The notes beneath the pieces were generated by a model. It was not told where the DNA came from and made no database searches. It saw only the letters and a program-made list of their open reading frames with translations. A stretch of 45,341 nt of DNA from a virus. The position numbers were made by a program, and so were the translations under genes. Numbering within the stretch: position 1 is the first letter of the stretch; every line of letters begins with the position of its first letter. The stretch lies in IMG/VR virus record IMGVR_UViG_3300045988_049297; one strand, 5' to 3'. Shown piece after piece: positions 33,308 through 40,600 of this stretch.

Positions 33308-34688
33308 CAGGATTAACCTCCTTCTGCTTGGTTGTGAGTTCAGCGGCCTTTTTCTCCTGTTCCTCAGCATAATCCATACTCATACGGTACGCGAGCTGCG
33401 GGTCGCTGAACATACCCGAATGTGTAAAGGCCAGAACAGGGGCAATCTTCGGATTGGCAAGCATAGTAGTCAATACTGTTGCTTTCTGAGCGATATTCTC
33501 ATAATTGCGGCGAGTAAAGCGAACCTCTACGTTCGACAGCTTCAATTCCAGATCACTCAGATCGGAACAGATGTGCAGAACCAGCTTCAAGAACTCTTTT
33601 TCAGAGAGCTTGAACATCAACTCGGAGTCTTTTGCTCTGGCTTCCGCCGCCGACCAACCGTCACGCATGATAACCGCAGAACCCGTGTCGCTGGTGGAAG
33701 TACCACCATTGCGGTTCGGCATACCGCAGATCGTCAGCACCGTGTTATAGAGGTGATCGACCAGCGTTTGCGTTTGTGTCTGGTTCAATTCAGAGGTTAT
33801 ATATTTGATTTCAGCTTTGAACTGAGGATCAACATCTCTGAATTTAATTGCGCCATCTTTGCGCAACTTAGCGTAATCATCGGTATCGAGATTAACATTA
33901 TGAAACAGCATGAGTGCTTGCACAAACTGTTCTATACCGTCAAGCCGGTTGCTGTCTACAGTATTGATCGCATCCAGCAGAGGGAGGACGATTTCAAATG
34001 CCCCCAAACGAGCGTTGTTTGCAGGGTATTCAATAATAGGAATACCAAGCGACTGTGCTTCTTCCCGAACAATCATGCTTTGATTTTCAATCTCAAAATA
34101 GCGGTCTTTCGTATAAATGCTGTAAATCACCGCACCGTCCGACCGCTGAATGTATTTCACACCCATTACGGGCGGTTCACCGATGGAATTGGCATACACC
34201 ACGAAAGCAAACCGAGGGTCGAGAGTGTAAATCTCGAAGGGAGCTTCATCGCTTTCCTTCTCAAACACGCTGTCGGGAAGCACCATGCGGTATGCTGTGC
34301 CGCAGATGTGGAACCAATCCGCCAGTTCCTTATCCTTTGCGGCCTTATCTTCGGAAAGACAGTAGCCGTTCAGAATGGTAATCTTGTCGGCAACTGACTT
34401 GTTGTCACTTCGGCTGACATACTGAATGGGTTCACCCATCAGATAACCAACTTTGAAGGACACGATCTCATTGGCACGGTTCTCGACCACCGTATTTTTA
34501 ATTTCCGGGCGAACTTCCTTCTGGCGGTTCAGCACCGGCTGTCTACCCTTGTAGTAAGCGTAGAGGTACTCCATATCCGCCTTGTTCGACCAATGCGTGA
34601 TAAGTGCCTTTCTCAACACTTCCAGAACATTGTCCCGTGTGATCTCTGTCACATCAGTAAAGATTTTCTTACGACCGAAATGACCCAA
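33261..34688 (-). CDS. Portal protein (SPP1 gp6-like)
   Basis: 475 aa downstream of terL. N-terminal ..ADMEYLYAYYKGRQPVLNRQK..NTVVENRANEIVSFKVGYL.. resembles the SPP1-family portal. TTG start with a GGGGAGG RBS. Confidence 0.85.
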   Translation of the reverse strand: MGHFGRKKIFTDVTEITRDNVLEVLRKALITHWSNKADMEYLYAYYKGRQPVLNRQKEVRPEIKNTVVENRANEIVSFKVGYLMGEPIQYVSRSDNKSVADKITILNGYCLSEDKAAKDKELADWFHICGTAYRMVLPDSVFEKESDEAPFEIYTLDPRFAFVVYANSIGEPPVMGVKYIQRSDGAVIYSIYTKDRYFEIENQSMIVREEAQSLGIPIIEYPANNARLGAFEIVLPLLDAINTVDSNRLDGIEQFVQALMLFHNVNLDTDDYAKLRKDGAIKFRDVDPQFKAEIKYITSELNQTQTQTLVDHLYNTVLTICGMPNRNGGTSTSDTGSAVIMRDGWSAAEARAKDSELMFKLSEKEFLKLVLHICSDLSDLELKLSNVEVRFTRRNYENIAQKATVLTTMLANPKIAPVLAFTHSGMFSDPQLAYRMSMDYAEEQEKKAAELTTKQKEVNPDGEGNPPDPSGGQKD

Positions 34689-34726
34689 GGCAGAATACCT
34701 CCCCTCTACCCATTTTCTCTCTTATC

Positions 34727-34755
34727 ATTGTATCAAACTCTCCAATGCTTGTCAA
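34727..34755 (-). promoter_or_regulatory. Near-consensus sigma-70-type promoter between terL and portal: TTGACA-17-TACAAT with TG extension
   Basis: Minus strand: TTGACA (34755..34750), 17-nt spacer ending TGA, TACAAT (34732..34727). Lies in the 113-nt terL-portal gap. Confidence 0.55.
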
Positions 34756-34801
34756 TAGCAAACTTTTAATTATACCATTCGCTACAACGAAAGTAAAGGA
34801 C

Positions 34802-36454
34802 TCAAATAGGCCGTTTGAAAACCTCCACCTTGCCCCCGGACAGCATACGGATTTCGTTCTCCAACAGGGAGAGGGAATCGGGGGCGTCATCGTGCGGAAC
34901 CTTACCGGAGCGGGTGTATGTGGTCACTTCCTTCATGAAGTTCCAATACTGACTGCCCCGCTTGTAGGTAGAAGGGTGCTTGAAGTAGAAATTCTTCTTG
35001 ATGTTGTCGGAAGCGAACTCGATACGAGTCTGCTTATTAGAGATCGTGCGCTTCGTGCGGATACCCACGGAGTACCCACGCTCACGAATGATCTGGTCAA
35101 CATCTCTGGCATAATACTGCCCGGCATTATTGGACTCAAAAACAGCAGAAGCAACTCTATTTTCAATCAGGCACTTGGCGCATTCCGGCTTCGTCACCTC
35201 AGCGGGGGAGTCATCAAAGACCACATCAACGATATACACATCGCTGCCGTAAATCTTCGCCACCGGCATGGAGGTCGAGTCTGAGCCGCTTTCCGCCGTA
35301 TCGCCAACGGCGATGATGGTATCCGGGTCACGGTCTTTCGGTAGCTCGAAAAAATAGTTCAGCTCTTCCTTGTTGAACAACAGACCCTTCGCCTCAAAGG
35401 GTTGCTGCTGGAACTCGCTTTCAAACTGCTCTGCGCTCAGAAGCTCCCGCTGCTCCCGAAAATAGGCGGTGGTAAAGACCTTCTTGCCCTCCCGCTCGTA
35501 TTCATAATTGCTCTCGTCCGTCACGAGATCGAGGGCGGGTATCTCAATCGCTCTCCAAGCCCAGCCCTCCCGCTGTGCGTGTTCCTGCACACGACCGATG
35601 GGGTCATACAGGGAATAGCGAGTGCCGGTAAAGACCATCGGCGTACCTTCAATGGCACGACCCATAATATCGCCAGAGATCACTTCCCACTTGTCATCAA
35701 GCCGCTGGCGGTTCTTCGCTTCCTCACGACCCTCTACACAGTCATCGAGGTAGAGGACATTGGTGGCTTCGGACAAGCCCACCTGTCGAGCGTCAATGGA
35801 ACGACACATGATGGTGGGGAAACGGGACTTGTTTTTCAGGTTCACCGTCTTCGTGTCGGCGTTGGTCTGTACCAGCCGTGCGTCCGGGAACACATCGTAG
35901 AACAGATATTCATTTGGAACGGTCAGGTATTCCAGACAGCCGTTGTAGAAGCTCTTTACAAGGTCATCGCCTGTCCCTTCCATCAGGGTCGAGCGGTCAG
36001 GGAACTTCCCAGAGAGCATATTCACAAAATTGATGCCTGTTTGTGACTTACCCGCTCGCTTTGGCATGGAGATCGTCAAAAGACGCAGCTTCCCGTCCAG
36101 AACATCTTGAAACCCTTGCACCATCGGTCTGAGATAGTGCTTGCGGGGCGCATAAAACCGCTTTTCCGGCTTGCGGTCGAGTTCGATATAGGTCATGAAG
36201 GAGTCAAAATCATGGGGTGCTTCAAAGAGAAGACACCGCCGCCACTGTTCATAGAACTTCGCCCCGCCGCCACGGACTACCTGATCTGCGGAAAGCGCCA
36301 GCAGCTCCTTGTTCACCTTATGTGCCGCCGAGAAATCTTCGGTTTCCCACTCCCGGCACAGAGAAAAGAGGTCGCTGTACGCTCCGTTATCTCCCGGTCT
36401 GCGGTCGATCACGGCTCGGATAGAGCCGGAGAGTTTTTCATAATTCATGTGCAT
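34802..36454 (-). CDS. terL: Terminase large subunit
   Basis: 550 aa. Walker A-like MPKRAGKS, Walker B-like VLYLDD, C-terminal nuclease-type acidic motifs (IIAVGDTAESG, HDDAPDSL). Upstream of the portal gene. Confidence 0.9.
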   Translation of the reverse strand: MHMNYEKLSGSIRAVIDRRPGDNGAYSDLFSLCREWETEDFSAAHKVNKELLALSADQVVRGGGAKFYEQWRRCLLFEAPHDFDSFMTYIELDRKPEKRFYAPRKHYLRPMVQGFQDVLDGKLRLLTISMPKRAGKSQTGINFVNMLSGKFPDRSTLMEGTGDDLVKSFYNGCLEYLTVPNEYLFYDVFPDARLVQTNADTKTVNLKNKSRFPTIMCRSIDARQVGLSEATNVLYLDDCVEGREEAKNRQRLDDKWEVISGDIMGRAIEGTPMVFTGTRYSLYDPIGRVQEHAQREGWAWRAIEIPALDLVTDESNYEYEREGKKVFTTAYFREQRELLSAEQFESEFQQQPFEAKGLLFNKEELNYFFELPKDRDPDTIIAVGDTAESGSDSTSMPVAKIYGSDVYIVDVVFDDSPAEVTKPECAKCLIENRVASAVFESNNAGQYYARDVDQIIRERGYSVGIRTKRTISNKQTRIEFASDNIKKNFYFKHPSTYKRGSQYWNFMKEVTTYTRSGKVPHDDAPDSLSLLENEIRMLSGGKVEVFKRPI

Positions 36455-36464
36455 TTCCTTTCCA

Positions 36465-36505
36465 ACAAAAAAACGAGCTACCGTGTATTTCTACACAGAT
36501 AGCCC
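36465..36505 (-). terminator. Rho-independent terminator 10 nt upstream of the terL start
   Basis: Minus strand: GGGCTATCTGTGTA-GAAA-TACACGGTAGCTC, then GTTTTTTTG (T7 = 36473..36467). Preceded by box GACAGCCATGAC (36517..36506), paralogous to 33135..33146. Confidence 0.6.
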
Positions 36506-36540
36506 GTCATGGCTGTCACTTCTACCCTTGCAGAAGCCGA

Positions 36541-36630
36541 TTATAAAATTTTGGGAATGATAAACGCCAACACCAAAAGGATGAATATCACTTCAATCAC
36601 AAAACCAATAAACTTGAAAAAATATTTCAT
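36541..36630 (-). CDS. 29-aa hydrophobic peptide (candidate small membrane protein)
   Basis: Not in the ORF track. ATGA overlap with the upstream stop. Hand translation: MKYFFKFIGFVIEVIFILLVLAFIIPKIL. Followed by the 36465..36505 terminator. Confidence 0.35.
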   Translation of the reverse strand: MKYFFKFIGFVIEVIFILLVLAFIIPKIL

Positions 36631-37103
36631 TGGGCTATCATCTCACAATCTGACCACGATCCTGCGCTAAGACATTCCCCAATAAAGGTAATCGTGTCTC
36701 CGACTTTTACGGTTTTGAGATTATCTTCTTGGTCTTTCTCGAACTCAGCATAGAAAACAACAATAGTGTTATCAACTTTAGTTTCAAGAGTTAGGGTTGC
36801 TCCACCAGTAAGATTAAATAGGCCGTCGTTCGTCATCCCATCGATCTTAGCCGTGATTTGATAACGATTATGCTTATACATATCATCTGCCACCAGCTCG
36901 TTATCTTTATAGGCTCTATAAATCTCATCGAAGGTGGCCGTACCCACTTCGTTCATTAGAAGCTCTGGTGTAGGAGTAACTTCGATCTTGGAATCTCCAT
37001 TTTCCGTTAAGCTATCGTCTTGCCCGAAGATGGCAATTATCGAACTAATTGCGATAATAATTACGACAATCCAAAGCCAACGCTTTTTCTTCTTTGTCTT
37101 CAT
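36627..37103 (-). CDS. Membrane-anchored OB-fold (tRNA_anti-like-type) protein; candidate exclusion/moron protein
   Basis: N-terminal Lys-rich segment plus TM (WLWIVVIIIAISSIIAIF). C-terminal FDEIYRAYKDNELVADDMYKHNRYQITAKIDG..VGDTITFIGEC resembles the OB-fold family of membrane lipoproteins. The gene is visibly AT-rich. Confidence 0.55.
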   Translation of the reverse strand: MKTKKKKRWLWIVVIIIAISSIIAIFGQDDSLTENGDSKIEVTPTPELLMNEVGTATFDEIYRAYKDNELVADDMYKHNRYQITAKIDGMTNDGLFNLTGGATLTLETKVDNTIVVFYAEFEKDQEDNLKTVKVGDTITFIGECLSAGSWSDCEMIAQ

Positions 37104-37873
37104 TCATCACCAGCTCCCTTCAAAATCGGCTCGTGAACGCCCTTGACCCAATTCATATTCCCGTATTTATACATACCCTCGTACAGAGGACGGTTGCCGA
37201 GAATACTTTTGATGGTGGACACCTGAAACCGCTTGCCAGAACGGGTCTGGTATCCCGCCTTTTCCAGCAGCTCCGTGATACCCAGCATGGAAACGCCGTC
37301 CTCGTGCTTCTCGAAGATGAACTTCACGATAGGAGCTTCCTGCTCGTCAATAGTGAGAACACCATCAACTACCTTGTAGCCGTAAGGACGGCGACCACCG
37401 CTGTATCCACCGCAGGAAGCCTTGATGGAACGACCCTTGCCGGTTCGCAGAGCGATGTTCTTTCTCTCCTGCTCTGCCACGAATTGAAGCAGCGCACGGT
37501 AGATGTTGGCGAACTCGCTGCCCTCTGTGAAGCTCTCCTGCGTACTCAGAAGTTTGATGTTCTTCTTTTCCAGCACATACAGGTAGTAAAAGTACAGCTT
37601 GGTATCACGAGCCACACGATCATTCTTGAATACGATCACCGCTTCATAGGGAGGGTTGCTTACATCATCGCCGTATAGAATGGAGTTCAGGCCGGGACGG
37701 TCATCTTTCGTACCGCTGATTTCATCAATCTTCCAGTCTACGATGTTATAGCCGTTGTCGTTGGCGTAAAGAAGAATAGCCTGCTTCTGAACCTCGATAC
37801 CGTATTTGTCATCATCGGCCTGCCGTTCGGTGGAGACTCGGATATAGCCGATTGCATTTTTGAATGTCATCAT
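37100..37873 (-). CDS. Truncated serine recombinase (catalytic + recombinase domains; no Zn-ribbon or coiled-coil)
   Basis: AIGYIRVSTERQ (catalytic Ser), ..VIVFKNDRVARD.., GGRRPYGYKV. Ends ..VKGVHEPILKGAGDE, where large serine recombinases normally continue into the Zn-ribbon. ATG 37873 follows the promoter at 37893..37921. Confidence 0.75.
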   Translation of the reverse strand: MMTFKNAIGYIRVSTERQADDDKYGIEVQKQAILLYANDNGYNIVDWKIDEISGTKDDRPGLNSILYGDDVSNPPYEAVIVFKNDRVARDTKLYFYYLYVLEKKNIKLLSTQESFTEGSEFANIYRALLQFVAEQERKNIALRTGKGRSIKASCGGYSGGRRPYGYKVVDGVLTIDEQEAPIVKFIFEKHEDGVSMLGITELLEKAGYQTRSGKRFQVSTIKSILGNRPLYEGMYKYGNMNWVKGVHEPILKGAGDE

Positions 37874-37892
37874 AAGATCACCCCTTGCGTAT

Positions 37893-37921
37893 AAGATAGC
37901 ATAGGTAAATGTAATTGTCAA
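37893..37921 (-). promoter_or_regulatory. Island promoter 1: TTGACA-17-TATCTT
   Basis: Minus strand: TTGACA (37921..37916), spacer ATTACATTTACCTATGC, TATCTT (37898..37893). The -35 is flanked by direct TTACCTAT repeats (plus-strand ataggtaa at 37901..37908 and 37921..37928). Shares ATGCTATCTT with promoter 39508..39536. Confidence 0.5.
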
Positions 37922-38049
37922 TAGGTAAGTGTAAATAAGCCTTTTTATTTTTTGCGGGTATTTTTCAGCTCACCCCGCCCTCGCCGCCGCTGGCATATCC
38001 CCCGGCCCCATCACCCATTCACGCCGCCCCGATCGGGCCGGAAAAGCGC

Positions 38050-38082
38050 AAAAAATAACCGCCCCGGTGCTATCCGGGGCGG
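38050..38082 (-). terminator. Rho-independent terminator after the four-gene cassette
   Basis: Minus strand: CCGCCCCGG-ATAGCA-CCGGGGCGG, then TTATTTTTT (stems at 38074..38082 and 38059..38067). Confidence 0.75.
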
Positions 38083-38159
38083 CGTTCACTTATTCAGTTT
38101 TAGTATGTCAATCAAAATTTGCACCGGCAGGAAAAGCAGCAGAAGAATAATATACAATC

Positions 38160-38483
38160 TTATCCAACCTCCACAATTTTCAAAACATGATAGCGCCCTA
38201 ACACGGTATAAATAGCTGACTTATTCGGCGCGTATAGCTCCATAATTCCATAGTAGCGAGTTTTCACCCAATACACCCGGCAAAACTCACGCAAGGAAAA
38301 CGCCCACCCGCCAATTTTAACAACAGGAGTTTGCAACGTTTTTATTGTTGCGAATTGCCTATAATATTCCTTTATGGCGTTTTTATCGCCGTTTTCGTAT
38401 GCCGCAATGGCTACAGCAACGCGGGATTTTAACGCGCTTTCAATCGGCACGGGCTCCCAATTCACAAATCGCCAATAATTCAT
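38160..38483 (-). CDS. Hypothetical protein (107 aa), island cassette gene 4
   Basis: Compact operon arrangement. AT-richer than the phage backbone. No family recognised. Confidence 0.55.
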   Translation of the reverse strand: MNYWRFVNWEPVPIESALKSRVAVAIAAYENGDKNAIKEYYRQFATIKTLQTPVVKIGGWAFSLREFCRVYWVKTRYYGIMELYAPNKSAIYTVLGRYHVLKIVEVG

Positions 38484-38485
38484 AA

Positions 38486-38743
38486 TTAAACCCCCATTCT
38501 AATACATTCATCAAGCGGGATTTTGTACCCGTCAACCCTAAAAAATGCGCTGTCTTTATCGTTTGCGGGGTAATAGATTTTACACCGATGAAAACGCCGA
38601 GCGGCTTTCCCGCCGTACCAACAACCCGAAACACAATAAACAAAATCATTTACACCGCATTCAATGCCCTTTATTTCAAGCCCATTCAAGCCGCTGTAAT
38701 AGGCGATACTTTCCCGGCTTTCGCAATACTCGCGTTTATTCAT
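38486..38743 (-). CDS. Hypothetical Cys-containing protein (85 aa), island cassette gene 3
   Basis: Overlaps the upstream gene by 8 nt. No family recognised. Confidence 0.55.
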   Translation of the reverse strand: MNKREYCESRESIAYYSGLNGLEIKGIECGVNDFVYCVSGCWYGGKAARRFHRCKIYYPANDKDSAFFRVDGYKIPLDECIRMGV

Positions 38744-39080
38744 GGCGTGTTACCTCATCAATAAATGCCCTTGCAAGCTGTTTAAGCTGTTCCCGCTGTT
38801 CCTTCCACGCAAGCGAATAATTATAGCGGATTTTTTCCGCGTCCGTTTCGTACCGTTCCCGCAATTCATAGGACGGGCGAATATTTCCGAATGGGGCATA
38901 TCCGGTCACAATGGCAACCCCGCCGCCCATATCGTAAATATCAGCCGCCCACCCCTCGCGGCGTACCGTGTACGCAACCGGGCTTTCATAATTCAAAAGG
39001 TTTTGCAATCCGCAATAGGGCACGCAAATAATATCATTGTAATTCGCCCGGATTGCCTTTTGTGTTGTCTTGAATTTCAT
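38736..39080 (-). CDS. Hypothetical protein (114 aa), island cassette gene 2
   Basis: VPYCGLQNLLNYESPVAYT..GWAADIY..VTGYAPFGN resembles a family I recall from Firmicutes plasmids, ICEs and phages with unknown function. This is unverified. Confidence 0.55.
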   Translation of the reverse strand: MKFKTTQKAIRANYNDIICVPYCGLQNLLNYESPVAYTVRREGWAADIYDMGGGVAIVTGYAPFGNIRPSYELRERYETDAEKIRYNYSLAWKEQREQLKQLARAFIDEVTRHE

Positions 39081-39094
39081 TTAACACACCCCTT

Positions 39095-39454
39095 TCAATA
39101 ATTCATGTTGCTAGCTGCACGGCGGTTATACATGGCTCTTAAACTTTCGGCGGGGGTCATATCCGCCGCCATACTGTAACGGGGCGTTTCTTCCACCGAA
39201 AGCGCGTCCCACCATGCTTTCCCACCACCATTTATATTATAGAATGAAAGAAAGCTATTTACATGGCGCATTGTAGTAACAGAATAACCGCCCCACATAC
39301 GAACGAACCGCCCCGCCGCCGTGATACGGCAAACAAAAGTATTATAGGACTGTAAAACTTTTTCGCCGTTTTCCGTTTCAATGATTTTCGCCTTTCCGTA
39401 AAAACTCTTTGCCCGATCAGAACCGCAAACGGGTAAATCAAAAATTTTTTTCAT
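39095..39454 (-). CDS. Hypothetical protein (119 aa), island cassette gene 1
   Basis: AAAGGGG RBS 9 nt before ATG 39454. KAKIIETENGEKVLQSYNTFV..YSVTTMRHVNSF pattern recalled from mobile-element proteins. This is unverified. Confidence 0.55.
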   Translation of the reverse strand: MKKIFDLPVCGSDRAKSFYGKAKIIETENGEKVLQSYNTFVCRITAAGRFVRMWGGYSVTTMRHVNSFLSFYNINGGGKAWWDALSVEETPRYSMAADMTPAESLRAMYNRRAASNMNY

Positions 39455-39507
39455 GATATAAGCCCCTTTCAAAATTCAATTTGCATTTACTGCCTTTCGG
39501 TAAATAC

Positions 39508-39536
39508 AAGATAGCATATTTGTATTTACCTGTCAA
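39508..39536 (-). promoter_or_regulatory. Island promoter 2: TTGACA-17-TATCTT with a 10-bp inverted repeat around the -10
   Basis: Minus strand: TTGACA (39536..39531), spacer GGTAAATACAAATATGC, TATCTT (39513..39508). GGTAAATACA and TGTATTTACC (39499..39508 and 39521..39530) bracket the -10. Confidence 0.55.
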
Positions 39537-39722
39537 GTGTAAACGCAAAAGAAAATCAAGATTTTTTGTAAATGGGGGCGCTATACATTATAAAGGGCAA
39601 AAACGCGGCCCCGATCAGGCCGGGCACCGACAGCGCCCACGCGGCCCCGGTAGAACCCGCCGCCGATCAGCCGGGGAAAGGAAAAGCCGCCGACCTCGTG
39701 GGGAGATCGGCAGCTCTGTCAA

Positions 39723-39857
39723 AGTCGCTGACCCTCGCCGGAAAGTCGTAAAGTCGTTCGGGCGAAAGTCGCAAAAGTCGTGGAAAAGTCGTAAAGTCGC
39801 TCGGCATAGTCGTAAGCTATAGTCGCAAAAGTCGCTCAATCCTCCGAGTCATAGTCG
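39723..39857 (-). repeat. Array of 11 same-orientation heptamers A(A/T)AGTCG(C/T) (minus strand CGACT(T/A)T) at the 3' end of terS
   Basis: AGTCG cores at 39723, 39744, 39752, 39767, 39776, 39787, 39795, 39808, 39821, 39830 and 39853 (spacing 8-23 nt). Two more at 40406 and 40425 flank the terS start. One inverted copy at 40080..40086. Confidence 0.9.
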
Positions 39858-40405
39858 CCGGATGCACCAACCACATCTTCGAGATACTTCTTCTCCAAGT
39901 CCTCAGCGGGAACCTGATCTCCGAGCTGCTGGTTGGGTGTCAACACGACCTCCTGCTTGTCCGCATAGCCCATGTTGTTCTTCATCAGGAAGATACCGGC
40001 GACCGGATTGATCTTCCCGTTCTGCATATAGTTTTCCATCTGAGCGTTCAAAAAATAATACGCCTTTTTTAGTGTGGTACGACTTTCGGTGGGGATATAG
40101 GCGCTATCCACACCATTACACCAACACCACAGAGTTTTTCTATCAACCCCGAACGCCAATGCCATACCAGCAACAGAGGGTTTCATATCATCTTCGGCAC
40201 AAATCCGAAAGTAATTCCCAATACGCTCAGTCACAGCTTCCGGTTTGGTCATATCCACAGCAGGCCAGTCCCACATTTTCAGATCGTGTTCAATAAACTT
40301 CCGATTATCTCCCGGTTGAAGCTGTGCGGTACTATCGGGCCGCTTATTACCGCCAGTACCTTTCGGTCTGCCACGACCGCGCTTTTCCACAATTTCATCT
40401 GCCAT
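39836..40405 (-). CDS. terS: Terminase small subunit (gp3 DNA-packaging-protein type)
   Basis: N-terminal GRGRPKGTGG, HTH-like PSVAGMALAFGVDRKTLWCW, ..KINPVAGIFLMKNNMGYADKQEV.. This matches the gp3-type small terminase pattern as I recall it. Acidic C-terminus. Confidence 0.7.
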   Translation of the reverse strand: MADEIVEKRGRGRPKGTGGNKRPDSTAQLQPGDNRKFIEHDLKMWDWPAVDMTKPEAVTERIGNYFRICAEDDMKPSVAGMALAFGVDRKTLWCWCNGVDSAYIPTESRTTLKKAYYFLNAQMENYMQNGKINPVAGIFLMKNNMGYADKQEVVLTPNQQLGDQVPAEDLEKKYLEDVVGASGDYDSED

Positions 40406-40432
40406 AGTCGTTTTCTCCTTTCAAAGTCGCCA

Positions 40433-40541
40433 AGGTGATAAAGGTGAGTAATCGGGTGCATTTCCCTATAACTATTTCTATATACGCGCGTATAAGAGAG
40501 AGTTATAGGCATTTATGCCCGATTACTCACCTAACTCACCT
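40433..40541. repeat. Nested palindromic element, copy B
   Basis: Same 24-nt left arm as copy A (40433..40456). Inner dyad at 40465..40509 around TATACGCGCGTATA (40481..40494). Right arm CCCGATTACTCACCT + AACTCACCT (40518..40541). About 92 of ~111 hand-aligned columns match copy A in direct orientation. Confidence 0.9.
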
Positions 40542-40557
40542 AAAATACGAAAAACAA

Positions 40558-40584
40558 TTTTTCAAAACGCGCCAATTTGAAAAA
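40558..40584. repeat. AT-rich dyad TTTTTCAAA-N9-TTTGAAAAA
   Basis: Arms at 40558..40566 and 40576..40584, within a very AT-rich ~60-bp stretch between two sets of TCACCT iterons. Confidence 0.8.
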
Positions 40585-40600
40585 AGTCTTTGCAAAAACA

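Noticed and set aside
33138-34397. 419-aa plus-strand ORF antisense to the portal gene. Similar long antisense ORFs occur at 25216..26139, 28994..30004, 30593..31357, 31495..32409, 35402..36046, 43480..44193 and 44227..45006.
   Set aside because: All lie opposite strongly supported minus-strand genes, lack RBSs and have shadow-frame composition. The only convincing plus-strand coding block is 14448..16743.
39481-39839. ORFs of 113 aa (+) and 74 aa (-) across the terS-proximal intergenic region
   Set aside because: Their Arg/Pro/Lys-rich low-complexity translations come from the AGTCG heptamer array and GC-rich repeats. There is no RBS. The region is better explained as cis-acting DNA.
39723-39857. 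Possible CRISPR array
   Set aside because: Repeat units are only ~7-9 nt, with irregular 8-23 nt spacing, no spacer-sized unique segments and no cas genes.
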